DNA from: Eledone cirrhosa
Lineage: Eukaryota
NCBI GenBank assembly: GCA_964016885.1
Contig: OZ024741.1
Coordinates: 344,720,001-344,784,000, forward strand
Direction of reading: 5' to 3'
DNA length: 64,000 nt
Part shown: piece by piece, positions 13,900 through 26,730 of the stretch
Layout of the letters: every line of letters starts with the position of its first letter
How positions within the stretch are numbered: position 1 is the first letter of the stretch
The notes under the pieces: generated by a model
The model's database searches: none
The model's input: only the letters and a program-made list of their open reading frames with translations
Told to the model about the DNA's origin: nothing
Program-made: the position numbers and the translations under genes

Positions 13900-14035
13900 C
13901 ATTTTAAGGCTATCTTCCATACTAAAACAACAACAACAACCATTTTAAGGCTATCTTCCATACTAAAACAACAACAACAACCATTTTAAGGCTATCTTCC
14001 ATACTAAAACAACAACAACAACCATTTTAAGGCTA
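13900..14035. repeat. 41-bp tandem repeat, ~3.3 copies
   Basis: CATTTTAAGGCTATCTTCCATACTAAAACAACAACAACAAC at 13900, 13941 and 13982, partial at 14023. Confidence 0.9.
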
Positions 14036-14323
14036 TATACCATGCCTAAAGCAGGAGTTGGCCTCCTGTTGACATGACACTTCTCCATTTTTCCCTATCG
14101 GTTTGCACCCATCCCCACCTGTCGCTAAACCCCTGGCTTTCAAATCCTCCTCTATCATTTTTAATCAAAGATATCTGGATGTTGCTCTTCCTCTACTTCC
14201 TTCACATTCATTTTCATCACACCTTTCTCCCAGTCACTTTCATTCCATTTCTCTTCACAACATATAAAGATAGAGGATGATGAAAGAAAACAAAATGTTT
14301 TTACCATATATCCATATATATAT

Positions 14324-14513
14324 ATAGGAAAAAGTATGACCCCGACGGCAGAGCTCAAGCCGTTTTGACGGCTATTACCAGAAATAGCTGTCGAAACGGC
14401 TTGAGCTCTGCCGTCGGGGTCATACTTTTTCCTATTTCCCACTCTACTACCCTATGTATTGAGTACTCTGGTGCGTTATGGTCCATCTGGTGCCTTACCA
14501 CAATTCCTTTGTT
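14324..14513 (+). mobile_element. Short non-coding element 'P1' with 5' inverted duplication (Penelope-like pLTR-type, 3' half of a hammerhead)
   Basis: ~53-bp arms 14324-14376/14383-14435; GAAA-CGGC-ttgagctct-GCCG-TC-GGGGTC; ends CCACAATTCCTTTGTT-(AT)n; homologues at 22920, 24736, 25742, 34437 and 34848. Confidence 0.7.
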
Positions 14514-14537
14514 ATATATATATATATATATATATAT

Positions 14538-16997
14538 ATCATCATCATCATCATCAGGTTTAGCGTCCGTGTTCCACGCTTGCATGGGTTTGGACGGGGG
14601 TTTTCCCACTTGAGGCAAGAGTGGTTGTCTTGCTCGCATAGGACTGTCTGGCGGGTTTTCTACAGTTGGATGCCCTTCCTAACACCAACCACATTTACAG
14701 TGTGGGGCTGGGAGGTTTTTACCGTGTTGCCTACACGGCCACATTACAGCGTGGACTGTCTGGCGGGTTTTCTACAGCTGGATGCCCTTCCTAACACCAA
14801 CCACATTTACAGTGTGGGGCTGGGAGGTTTTTACCGTGTTGCCTACACGGCCACATTTACAGCGTGGACTGTGTGTTTTTTGTCGTGACACCTACACGAT
14901 CTCATTTGTTTCGGCCTGGATGTTGTGGGACCAACATAACTTTACATTGAAAGGGGCGGTGTGGGTGGGGTGGAGGTGGTGTGTTTTGATAGAGATGCCT
15001 ACTGACTGTAGTAGGTTTTTACTTTGTATTTAGGTAAGGCGGGTCTTCTCTATTACTGAGTACCGCCAAAGGTCTCGGTCCAGTGACATTGTCTTGGAGA
15101 GGTGTAAGCGTGTGAGGTCGGAATTTATCAGCTCGTCCCATGTTTTTCTGGGTCTGCCTACTCCGTGGCTACCGTCTATCTTTATTGCCCTGCACTTTGT
15201 TATACAGCTGTCGTCTTTCATGCGCATCACGTGACCGTACCAACGTAGCCTTCTCTCGAGTAAACAACATCTGATCCCTCTTATTTCTAATTTTTTCCTT
15301 AGTTCGTTTATGCTTTGCTGTTCACGTATATTACTATTGCACATCCAGCGGAGCATGCAAGCTTCGTTCCTCTCTAGTCTGCGTATATCCTCTGCACACA
15401 ATGCCCAGGTCTCACTGCCATGCAGCATTGCTGTTCGTATGCAGGCATCGTATAACCTGCCTTTCATTTTTAGGGAGAACCCTCTAGCGGCTAATAGTGG
15501 TATAAGCTCTCTGAACTTTTTCCATCCAGTTCTGACTCTAGCTACTGTACTTTCAGAGCACCCTCCCCCACTGCTGATTTTGTCACCCAGATAACGGAAG
15601 CTGTCCACTATTTCTATAGAACCCTCTGCGCAGTTGAAGGAGCTAGTATTTTGTGGGCACTTGCTGCTACTTATTGCACCAGAGCACCGGCCACATGTAA
15701 AATCTATGTTCTTAGTTAGCTTACCTGTGATCCCACTACATCTTTTATGCACCCATACTTTGCATTTGGGACATAAAATGGAGTTTCTACCTACGCCTTT
15801 CCTACACACTGAGCATGGCCATTTCCCCGATGGGACCGCCGCCTTATTTTCTTTCCTACAAACTAGAACTTTAGTCTTAGCCAGGTTAATTTTAAGGCCT
15901 TTTGATTCTAGGCCGTGCTTCCACGTTTGGAATTTCTTCTCTAGTTCGGTCATTGATTCAGCTATGAGCGTTAGATCATCTGCGTATAGGAGTTCCCATG
16001 GGCAGCCGGTCTTGAACTCCTCTGTTATAGCCTGAAGGGCAATAATAAATAGTAGGGGGCTAAGAACAGAGCCCTGATGGACACCAACTTTTACGCTAAA
16101 CTCTTCACTATATTCGTTGTTAATTCTAACCTTACTGACTGTTTCTTTATACATGGCTTGTATAGCTCTCACAAGCCATTCGTCAACACCTAGTTTTCTA
16201 AGAGACCACCAGATAATGGAACGGGGGACTCTGTCGAAGGCTTTCTCCAAGTCGACGAAAGCTAAGTATAGGGGTTTACTTTTAGCTAGGTACTTCTCCT
16301 GTAGTTGTCGTACAATGAAAAGAGCGTCTGTGGTACTTTTGCCTGATACAAACCCGAACTGCATTTCATCTAGATCAATTCTCTCTCTGATTAGTTGCGC
16401 TATTACTTTTTCCGTGACCTTCATGACCTGGTCGATTAATTTAATGCCTCTATAGTTACTCCTATCTAGGGCATCTCCTTTTCTCTTATAGCAGTTAACG
16501 ATGATGCCGCTACGCCATTCCTTCGGAACAACCCCATTCTGTACGACTTGGTTAACTATCCGGGTGACCATGGTGTGTCCCACCGAACCAGATGCCTTCA
16601 GCATCTCAGCAACTATTTCCGAAGGCCCAGCCGCCTTACCCGTCTTCATATCTTTGATTGCCTTACTTATTATACTACCTTCAACTAACACTGCTGGTCC
16701 CTCTATTGGATCGATCTGGGGGAGACTGTCTTTCTCCCATTTGTTCTCCTCATTTAGAAGCCTTTCGTAGTGACACTTCCAAGCTACCTTCTTATCAGTG
16801 TCGGTGATGGCAAGTATGCCATCATCGTTAAGTACACACTTCTCCCCGACAATATCACGGTTTTCCTTGACACATTGCCTGGCAATCCTGAACACCTCAC
16901 GTTTTTGGTCCTCACGTTGTAGAACATGCTTGAACTTTCTTTCCTCTGCTTCCCTTCTTGCGAAGTACACTTGTCTCCTAGCTTCCCTCCTGGCCAC
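14538..16997 (-). mobile_element. 5'-truncated RTE-clade LINE, young copy
   Basis: Open RT ORF, ~490-bp 3'UTR, (ATG)n tail; both ends abut (TA)n. Confidence 0.95.
15030..16997 (-). CDS. RTE ORF: reverse transcriptase with inserted C4HC3 (PHD-like) finger; N-terminal endonuclease lost by truncation
   Basis: KAAGPS, NYRGIKL, QFGF, FVDLEKAFDRVP, GVHQGSVLSPLLF, LLYADD, FRYLG, RLRWYGHVMR, GRPRKTW; the first ~29 aa of the 684-aa ORF are microsatellite read-through. Confidence 0.95.
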   Translation of the reverse strand: MARREARRQVYFARREAEERKFKHVLQREDQKREVFRIARQCVKENRDIVGEKCVLNDDGILAITDTDKKVAWKCHYERLLNEENKWEKDSLPQIDPIEGPAVLVEGSIISKAIKDMKTGKAAGPSEIVAEMLKASGSVGHTMVTRIVNQVVQNGVVPKEWRSGIIVNCYKRKGDALDRSNYRGIKLIDQVMKVTEKVIAQLIRERIDLDEMQFGFVSGKSTTDALFIVRQLQEKYLAKSKPLYLAFVDLEKAFDRVPRSIIWWSLRKLGVDEWLVRAIQAMYKETVSKVRINNEYSEEFSVKVGVHQGSVLSPLLFIIALQAITEEFKTGCPWELLYADDLTLIAESMTELEKKFQTWKHGLESKGLKINLAKTKVLVCRKENKAAVPSGKWPCSVCRKGVGRNSILCPKCKVWVHKRCSGITGKLTKNIDFTCGRCSGAISSSKCPQNTSSFNCAEGSIEIVDSFRYLGDKISSGGGCSESTVARVRTGWKKFRELIPLLAARGFSLKMKGRLYDACIRTAMLHGSETWALCAEDIRRLERNEACMLRWMCNSNIREQQSINELRKKLEIRGIRCCLLERRLRWYGHVMRMKDDSCITKCRAIKIDGSHGVGRPRKTWDELINSDLTRLHLSKTMSLDRDLWRYSVIEKTRLT

Positions 16998-17044
16998 ATA
17001 TATATATATATATATATGTCTGTGTGTGTGTATGTATATATGTG

Positions 17045-17078
<34 letters not shown>

Positions 17079-17159
17079 GAGCAAAAAGAGTATGTCTTTT
17101 TATTATTTATTACATATCTCATAGTGCTTTATATAAACGATATATATATATAATAATAA

Positions 17160-17340
17160 TAATAATTGTTTCTACGTTAGGCACAAGGCCAGCAATTACC
17201 CAGTACATTACTGGTACTTTATTTTATCGACCTCATAAGGGTGAAAGGCAAAGTTAACCTCGGCGGGATTTGAACTCAGATTGTAAAGGGACGTAACTAT
17301 GCTGGAAAGCATGTCCGACCCTCTACCGAAACTGCCATTT
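17160..17340 (-). mobile_element. SINE family A
   Basis: Reverse complement of the 12590 family with (TAA)n tail. Confidence 0.85.
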
Positions 17341-17473
17341 CAAGGACGAATCGTTACTCCTTCATTATGTTTATTTGTTGGTGACGCACGTTTCGCTACT
17401 GATCGCTACTGTATCGATCTAGCCCGACTCTGGAATCAATATCTCATTGGACCTCTGCGTTACACTCCCTGGA
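17341..17473 (-). mobile_element. Short element homologous to 52062-52392
   Basis: CAAGGACGAATCGTTACTCCTTCATTA..GGTGACGCACGTTTCGCTACTGATC and terminal GTTACACTCCCTGG shared with that element. Confidence 0.6.
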
Positions 17474-17810
17474 TATATATATATAGATATATATATATAT
17501 ATTTCTAAAATCCTTTTTGGTTGATCCAAGCAATCAACTAATTAAGGTGTGATCATAAGGTATTACATATATGGTATCAGACCGAGTATAAATATTAAGT
17601 AAGAAGAAGAGAGATAGTTTTACATATTTAACTTCTGTTTATTGTCTTGCCTCCCACTTGTTATGTACATTTCAAAGGCATTAAAATGCTCTCTCTCTAT
17701 ATATATATATATATAAGCAAAGATTTGAAATTTCTTTCACTATTCAAACAGAACTTAAAACGATAAGTTCTTGTTTTGGGGATATGTCACTATTTATAAA
17801 ACAACTTTTG

Positions 17811-17871
17811 TATTTTATCTGATGAAAACGTACCAAAATGTTGGTACCCTTGAAATATATATAATAAAATA
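17811..17871 (+). ncRNA. Minimal type I hammerhead ribozyme motif
   Basis: Stem I TATTTTAT/ATAAAATA; core CTGATGA (17819-25); stem II aaacGTACCAA-aatg-TTGGTACcctt; GAAA (17852-55); palindromic stem III TATATA; UA cleavage site. Confidence 0.7.
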
Positions 17872-18676
17872 AATATGGTTTTATAAAGATAGTTTCCATT
17901 TATTAATATTATTGATATAAATATATGGTAATTTTATATAATAAAATATTGTGTGTTTGCATAAAATGAAAGTTGTTATCAGCACCAGCACCATCACCAC
18001 TATCATCTGCCATCAATTGCCTAGGTATTCTCCAATCAGCACCCCATCCCGATCAGTAACCAGCACTCACTCTGGCCTACCACAGCTATGTCATCACCAT
18101 TGATGAACATTTCATTATATTCTTGTAACAATAACAATAGTCTCCCTTTGTATTTAGACTCTCTCCCCCCCCCCCCCCCCCCCACTGCCAACACTATTAC
18201 CACATGAAAGAGAAACATCCTCAAGGAAACCTCTATGTGGTCATTTTACTTGCTAGAAGTAGCAGTTTAGGCTTTCTCATATCACATCATTCCACCATGC
18301 TGATGTGGAAAACACAGAAGAAATTCAAGGTGGATAGTGTAACTTGAGTAATGCAGTGTATAAATAATAGACAGGATGGTCATAATTGGAATGTCTTTCA
18401 TAACAGAGCTAGAGGGTACACAGCAATAACAACAACATGATCATCCTCGTCACCTTAATCATCAGCATCATCATAATCATAACTAACATCATCATCATCA
18501 TCATCATCCCAATAATGACCCACCTCCACCACAACAACCACCACAACAACAACATCCATCACTAGACATCACCATCACAACTTACAAGAAAACCTTCATT
18601 AACAAGAGACTGCATTCATTTTTCACTCTCTCTTTCTCTCCATCATCATAACCATTATGATCACAATTTTACTGAG

Positions 18677-18763
<87 letters not shown>

Positions 18764-18842
18764 TAATAAATAGTAATTGTTTCTACTTTTGGCACAAGGC
18801 CAGCAATTACCCAGTGCATTACTGGTACTTTATTTTATCGAC

Positions 18843-19130
18843 ACACACACATATATCAGTGTGTGTAAATACACACACATATATCAGTGTGTGTAAATAC
18901 ACACACATATATCAGTGTGTGTAAATACACACACATATATCAGTGTGTGTAAATACACACACACATATCAGTGTGTGTAAATACACACACACACATATCA
19001 GTGTGTGTAAATACACACACACATATCAGTGTGTGTAAATACACACACACACACATATCAGTGTGTGTAAATACACACACACATATCAGTGTGTGTAAAT
19101 ACACACACATATATCAGTGTGTGTAAATAC
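18843..19130. repeat. ~26-32 bp minisatellite
   Basis: (CA)nTATCAGTGTGTGTAAATA, about 10 copies. Confidence 0.9.
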
Positions 19131-19190
19131 ATACATATATATACTATATGTATACTCTCTCTCTATATATATATGTAATATATACTCTCT

Positions 19191-19224
<34 letters not shown>

Positions 19225-19422
19225 ATTATTATTATTTATTAAATAGATAAATAATATATATATTATTATTATTATCTATTAAATAAAAAAAAAAATAAAA
19301 AAAAAATAAATATATATATATATACATATATATACATATATATATATATATGCATATATATATACACATATTATTATTATTTATTAAATAAAATAAATAT
19401 ATATATGTATATATGTATATAT

Positions 19423-19465
<43 letters not shown>

Positions 19466-19565
19466 TTATTATTATTTATGGGGTCGATAAAATAAAGTAC
19501 CAGTAATGCACTGGGTAATTGCTGGCCTTGTGCCAAAAGTAGAAACAATTATTATTTATTAAATA

Positions 19566-19604
<39 letters not shown>

Positions 19605-19699
19605 TATAATATTTATTTTTTTATTTAATAAATAATAATAATATATCTATATATATATATCTATATATATATATATTTATATATATATATATATAATCA

Positions 19700-20015
19700 C
19701 TATTGTCACCACCACCACCACCACCACCACTACTGCCACTGTCATGATTGTGACCAATATATGTATATACATACCCCGACATCACCACCACCATCACCAC
19801 CACCATCATCACCACCATCATCATCAACACCATTATTATTGCTATCATCATCATCAACACCATCATCACAATCATCATCATTATTATCACAATCATCATC
19901 ATCACAATCATCATAATTATTATCACAATCATCATCATCATCATCTTCATCATCATCATCATCATGACCATCAGTCATTATCACTATCATCATCATCAAC
20001 ACCATCACAGTCAGT

Positions 20016-20046
<31 letters not shown>

Positions 20047-21523
20047 CAAACATCATCACCATAATCTTCATCATCATCACCATTATTATCACTATAATCA
20101 TCATCATCATCATCATGACCATCTTATCATCATCATCACAATCATCATCACCATAATCTCCATCACCATCACCATTACTATCATCACAATCATCACCATC
20201 ACCATAATCACCATCACCATTACTATCATCATCATCATCACCATCACCATCATCATCACCATCACCATCACCACCATCACCATCATCATCACCACCACCA
20301 TCACCATCACCACCATCATCACCATCACCACCATCATCACCACCACCATCACCATCACCACCATCACCACCATCACCATCACCACCACCATCATCATCAC
20401 CACCACCATCATCATCACCACCACCATCACCATCACCGCCATCATCACCACCACCATCACCATCACCACCATCACCACCATCACCATCACCACCACCATC
20501 ACCATCACCATCACCATCACCACCATCACCATCATCATCACCACCACCATCACCATCACCACCATCATCACCACCACCATCACCACCATCACCACCATCA
20601 CCATCACCACCATCACCACCATCACCATCACCATCACCATCATCACCATCATCATCACCACCACCATCACCATCACCACCACCACCACCACCACCACCAC
20701 CACCACCACCATCACCACCATCACCACCATCACCATCACCACCATCACCACCATCACCATCACCATCACCATCATCACCATCATCATCACCACCACCATC
20801 ACCATCACCACCACCACCACCACCATCATCACCACCACCATCACCACCATCACCACCATCACCATCACCACCATCACCACCATCACCATCACCACCATCA
20901 CCACCATCACCATCACCATCACCATCATCACCACCATCACCACCACCACCATCACCACCACCACCACCATCACCATCACCACCATCACCATCATCATCAC
21001 CACCACCATCATCACCACCACCATCACCATTACCATCACCATCACCACCATCACCACCACCACCATCACCACCACCATCACCACCACCATCACCACCATC
21101 ACCATCACCATCACCATCACCATCACCACCATCACCATCACCACCACCATCACTATGTGTTGTCTGCCTTGTCACACATTCACTACCACTGCTATTATCA
21201 TGGCAAGCTCAGTTAACATCACAGCCATTGCACTCCTTCTCTCCCTAACTCTCCTTTTCTCCTCTCACTGCCTCTGTCTGTCTCCTTATCTCTCTCCCCC
21301 TCCCCTCTCTCTCTTTTTATCTCTCCTTTTCCTCCTCTCTCTCTCTTTTTCTCCTTTCTCTCTCCCTCTCCCTATCTCTCTTTTTCTCCTTTCTTTCTCT
21401 CTCCCTATCTCTCCTTTTCTCCTCTCTCCTTTCTCTCTCTCTCCTTTCTCTCTCTCTCCCTCTCTCTACTCTCCTCCTTTCTCTCTCTCCTTTACTCCTC
21501 TCTCTCTCTCTCTCTCTCCTTTA

Positions 21524-21564
<41 letters not shown>

Positions 21565-21700
21565 CACACTGCCCTTCTTCCTTGTCTTCATCACTCCAAT
21601 ACTACCACCTCTACCCTCATCGACTTCACCATCCTCTCACACTGGTAGATACTTCTACTACTACTACTACCACCGTTACTACTACTGCTGCTACTGCTAT

Positions 21701-21741
<41 letters not shown>

Positions 21742-21766
21742 TAACTACTACTACTACTACTACTAT

Positions 21767-21804
<38 letters not shown>

Positions 21805-21844
21805 TCACTACTACTACTACCAATACTAATACTACTACTACTAT

Positions 21845-21880
<36 letters not shown>
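19700..21880. repeat. (CAT/CAC)n, (CT)n and (CTA)n microsatellite block
   Basis: Directly visible; produces the spurious 346-621 aa ORFs. Confidence 0.95.
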
Positions 21881-21881
<1 letters not shown>

Positions 21882-22275
21882 GTTCCAGCTTTCTCCTTTG
21901 GGTGTGGGGACCATACACCTCATACTCTCCCTCTCCACTCCCCACCCCCCTTGCTCTGCTCTCCTCCCACTCATGACCTCTCTTCCCCTCTCTACAACTG
22001 CTGCCTCTTACTCCCCCTCTCTCCCTCTTCCAACACTGCTTCATCTTATCATCTCTTTCCTTCACCTTCCCTCCACACACGCATACACACACTGATGTGC
22101 CATACATATATATGAATCTACGTATATATATATGTATATACATATGCCTGTGTGTTTGTGCATACAATGTCTTTATATGCAAATATATATTATATATATA
22201 TATATATGTGTGTGTATGTGTGTATATAAATATATATATATATCAGAGAGACATACAGGCATATATCTATATATA

Positions 22276-22333
<58 letters not shown>

Positions 22334-22335
22334 TA

Positions 22336-22414
22336 CGTAGTGTCCCTCAAAAATGTATACACATTTTGATTAGAATGCTATTGAAGTGTGTATACATTTT
22401 TTGGGGACACCCTG
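22336..22414. mobile_element. Tc1/mariner-type MITE, short copy
   Basis: TIRs (CGTA)GTGTCCCTCAAAAATGTATACAC / GTGTATACATTTTTTGGGGACACCCTG flanked by TA. Confidence 0.7.
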
Positions 22415-22463
22415 TATATATATTTATATATATTTATATATACACATAAATACTTACACACAA

Positions 22464-22500
<37 letters not shown>

Positions 22501-22715
22501 AGCGTATATATGCATTTGAATGTCTGCATTCATGTGCAACTACATGCATCTCTATGTGAGAGGTATGCATGCCAATGTGTGTATTACTGGTCTTCTACTA
22601 CTAATTACATGAAGTGTGGGTTTTGACCAATCAGAGTCAAGCAACTGTAGGACAAAGGCAGCTGTTCATAGATGGTGGATAGTAAAGACACATTTTCCAA
22701 ATGCAGTGGATAATA

Positions 22716-22787
<72 letters not shown>

Positions 22788-22861
22788 ATATTATGTATAT
22801 ATATTTATATGTATATATATATGTATATATCTATATACATATAAATATATATACATAATAT

Positions 22862-22919
<58 letters not shown>

Positions 22920-22920
<1 letters not shown>

Positions 22921-23102
22921 ACGAAGGAAATGTGGTAAGGAACCAAGTGGACCATAACGCACCAAAGTACTCAATACTTAGGGTAGTAGAGTGGTAATAG
23001 GAATGAGTAGGACCCCGACGGCTGAACTCAAGCCATTTCGACGGCTAATTCTGGACGTCGAAACGGCTTGAGTTCAGCCGTCGGGGTCCTACTCGTTCCT
23101 AT
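22920..23102 (-). mobile_element. Element P1 with inverted duplication
   Basis: AACGAAGGAAATGTGGTAAGGAACC...ACCCCGACGGCTGAACTCAAGCC..GGCTTGAGTTCAGCCGTCGGGGT, inside (TA)n. Confidence 0.75.
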
Positions 23103-23121
23103 ATATATAAATATATATATA

Positions 23122-23160
<39 letters not shown>

Positions 23161-23241
23161 TTATATATTTATATATATATTTATATGTATATATATATTT
23201 ATATGTATATATATATTTTTATGTATATATATATTTTTATG

Positions 23242-23273
<32 letters not shown>

Positions 23274-23335
23274 TATATATATATATATTTATATATATAT
23301 ATATTTATATATATATATTTATATTTATATATATA

Positions 23336-23400
<65 letters not shown>

Positions 23401-23563
23401 TTATATATATATTTATATATATATATATATTTATATATATTTGTATATATATTTATATTTATATATATATTTATATATATATATATATTTATATATATAT
23501 TTATATATATATTTATATAGATATATATTTATTTATATATATATATATTTATTTATATATATA

Positions 23564-23622
<59 letters not shown>

Positions 23623-23667
23623 TTATATATTTATATATATATTTATATATATATTTATATATATATT

Positions 23668-23702
<35 letters not shown>

Positions 23703-24114
23703 TTATATATATATTTATATATATATATATTTATATATATTTATATATATATATTTATATATATATTTATATATAAATTGATGTATATATATATATATTT
23801 ATATATAAATTGATGTATATATATATATATTTATATATATATTTATATATATATATATTTATATATATATATATATATACACGCTCATAGATACATACAT
23901 ATATTTCATGTGTGTATATATAGATAGATAGATAGATAGATATATGAAAATATAGATATTTAAGTATACTATATTATATTCCATATACGTGTGTATTATA
24001 TTGCTATATACTGTATATACATCTATATATGATTTTATGTCTAACAACGTGTGTATATTGATATATTCGCAGCTATTGAGTACATTATGTATGCCCTATA
24101 TATATATACATACA

Positions 24115-24180
<66 letters not shown>

Positions 24181-24218
24181 CATATGCGGCAATACTAACT
24201 TCAACTCTTTTAAATCTC

Positions 24219-24307
<89 letters not shown>

Positions 24308-24672
24308 GTGTGTGTGGTGTGTGTGTAAATATCTTTGTATGTGTACGTGTGCACAAATGCATATCTGAGTGAGTGCTTGTGTACCTTTCATACATGTATA
24401 TATAATACACACACACACATACAGGTATGGCTATATGTGTGTATTTGTCACTTCATATATATAATATTCTATATTATATAATGTATATATGTCATAGAAA
24501 TGTTATATTGAAACTACATGCTTTTATTACATAATAAACATTTTTGAAGATTTGTTTGTTCTATTTATAAACAACACCATCCTCATTTTCGATATAACTG
24601 GAATTTGTTTGTTTTCAATTGTCCCGTATAATACGTATGTTTGTTGGCCTTGTGGCAAATAAATATTCATAT

Positions 24673-24707
<35 letters not shown>

Positions 24708-24772
24708 ATATGTATATATATATAGATGTATATATGGTCCATCTGGTTCCTTACCTCATTTCCTTCGTTATA

Positions 24773-24814
<42 letters not shown>

Positions 24815-24880
24815 AATGTATATATAAATACATATATATATATATATATACATATATAAATGCATATATACATCTATATA

Positions 24881-24912
<32 letters not shown>

Positions 24913-24933
24913 CATATATATATATATACATAC

Positions 24934-24974
<41 letters not shown>

Positions 24975-25326
24975 AATATATACATCTATATATATATATA
25001 GATGTATATATATATATAGATGTATATATATATATATATATAGATGTATATATATATATATATGTATATATATATTTATGTATATGTATATATATATATA
25101 TATGTATTTATATATATATATTTATATATATATGTATTTATATATATATGTATTTATATATATATATATGTATTTATATATATATATATGTATTTATATA
25201 TATATATATGTATTTATATATATATGTATTTATATATATATGTATTTATATATATATATATGTATTTATATATATATGTATTTATATATATATGTATTTA
25301 TATATATATGTATTTATATATATATG

Positions 25327-25361
<35 letters not shown>

Positions 25362-25488
25362 TTATATATATGTGTATTTATATATATATGTATTTATATA
25401 TATATATGTATTTATATATATATATGTATTTATATATATATGTATTTATATATATATATATATATATGTATTTATATATATATGTATT

Positions 25489-25543
<55 letters not shown>

Positions 25544-25901
25544 GTATTTATATATATATATGTATTTATATATATATATATGTATTTATATATATATATA
25601 TGTATTTATATATATATATATGTATTTATATATACATATATGTATATATATATATATGTATTTATATATACATATATGTATTTATATATACATATATGTA
25701 TTTATATATACATATATGTATATATATATATATATATATATAACGAAGGAAATGTGGTAAGGAACCAGGTGGACCATAACGCACCAAAGTACTCAATACT
25801 TGAGGTAGTAGAGTGGGTAATAGGAACCAGTAAGACCCCGACAGCTGAGCTCAAGCCGTTTCGACGGCTAATTCTTTATATGTATATACATATATATATA
25901 A

Positions 25902-25957
<56 letters not shown>

Positions 25958-26240
25958 TTATATATATATGTATATACATATATGTATATATATATATATA
26001 TGTATTTATATATACATATATGTATATATATATATATATGTATTTATATATACATATATGTATATATAAATACATATATATATATATATATGTATTTATA
26101 TATACATATATGTATATATCGATGTACATATGTATTTATATATACATATATGTATATATATATATATATATGTATTTATATATACATATATGTATATATC
26201 GATGTACATATGTATTTATATATATATATATATATATATC
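23100..26240. repeat. Long degenerate (TA)n arrays with TTTA/TGTA variants, (TACA)n and (CT)n
   Basis: Directly visible; interrupted by short inserts. Confidence 0.95.
25742..25876 (-). mobile_element. Element P1, no inverted arm
   Basis: Same sequence as 22920; ends at GACGGCTAATTCT. Confidence 0.75.
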
Positions 26241-26287
26241 ATGTGTGTGAGTTAGTGTATGTACACTCTTGTTATTTACTTCTAATA

Positions 26288-26556
26288 ATAACCCTTTCGT
26301 TACCATATTTCTAATGAAAGATACTGTGAATAATTTTCAAATAATCGAGAATTTGGAGATGTTAAATAAAATAACTAACTTTCTCATTTTCAAGTTGGTT
26401 TTTTTTTGCTTTTTGGGGAGGGAGCATAACTTAACAAAGGTTCTTACATGAAATTATGATGGAATATTTGAGATAAATATAAAATCTTTGGGACAAACAG
26501 ATTTGCTATCATAAAACCATGGAATGTTTCTGGTAGTTTGGTATTAAAGGGGTTAA
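26288..26556. mobile_element. piggyBac-type MITE, second family
   Basis: TAACCCTTTCGTTACC...GGTATTAAAGGGGTTAA; second copy at ~48367-48615. Confidence 0.55.
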
Positions 26557-26589
26557 AGTTATCTGTGGCAAATAAAGTAAATCTTTATC

Positions 26590-26623
<34 letters not shown>

Positions 26624-26730
26624 TCATCATCGTTGTCATCACCATCATTATTGTCATTTTTATTGACATAGTTTTTAATTATGAAGAAAATGTAAACTAA
26701 GTATTGCCAAAAAATAAGGAATAAAAATAA

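Noticed and set aside
15310-16770. Plus-strand ORFs antisense to the RTE
   Set aside because: Shadow ORFs of the RT frame with no independent motifs
19742-21829. 346-621 aa Gly-Asp, Thr-Ile and Met-Val ORFs
   Set aside because: Pure CAT/CAC repeats are open in several frames
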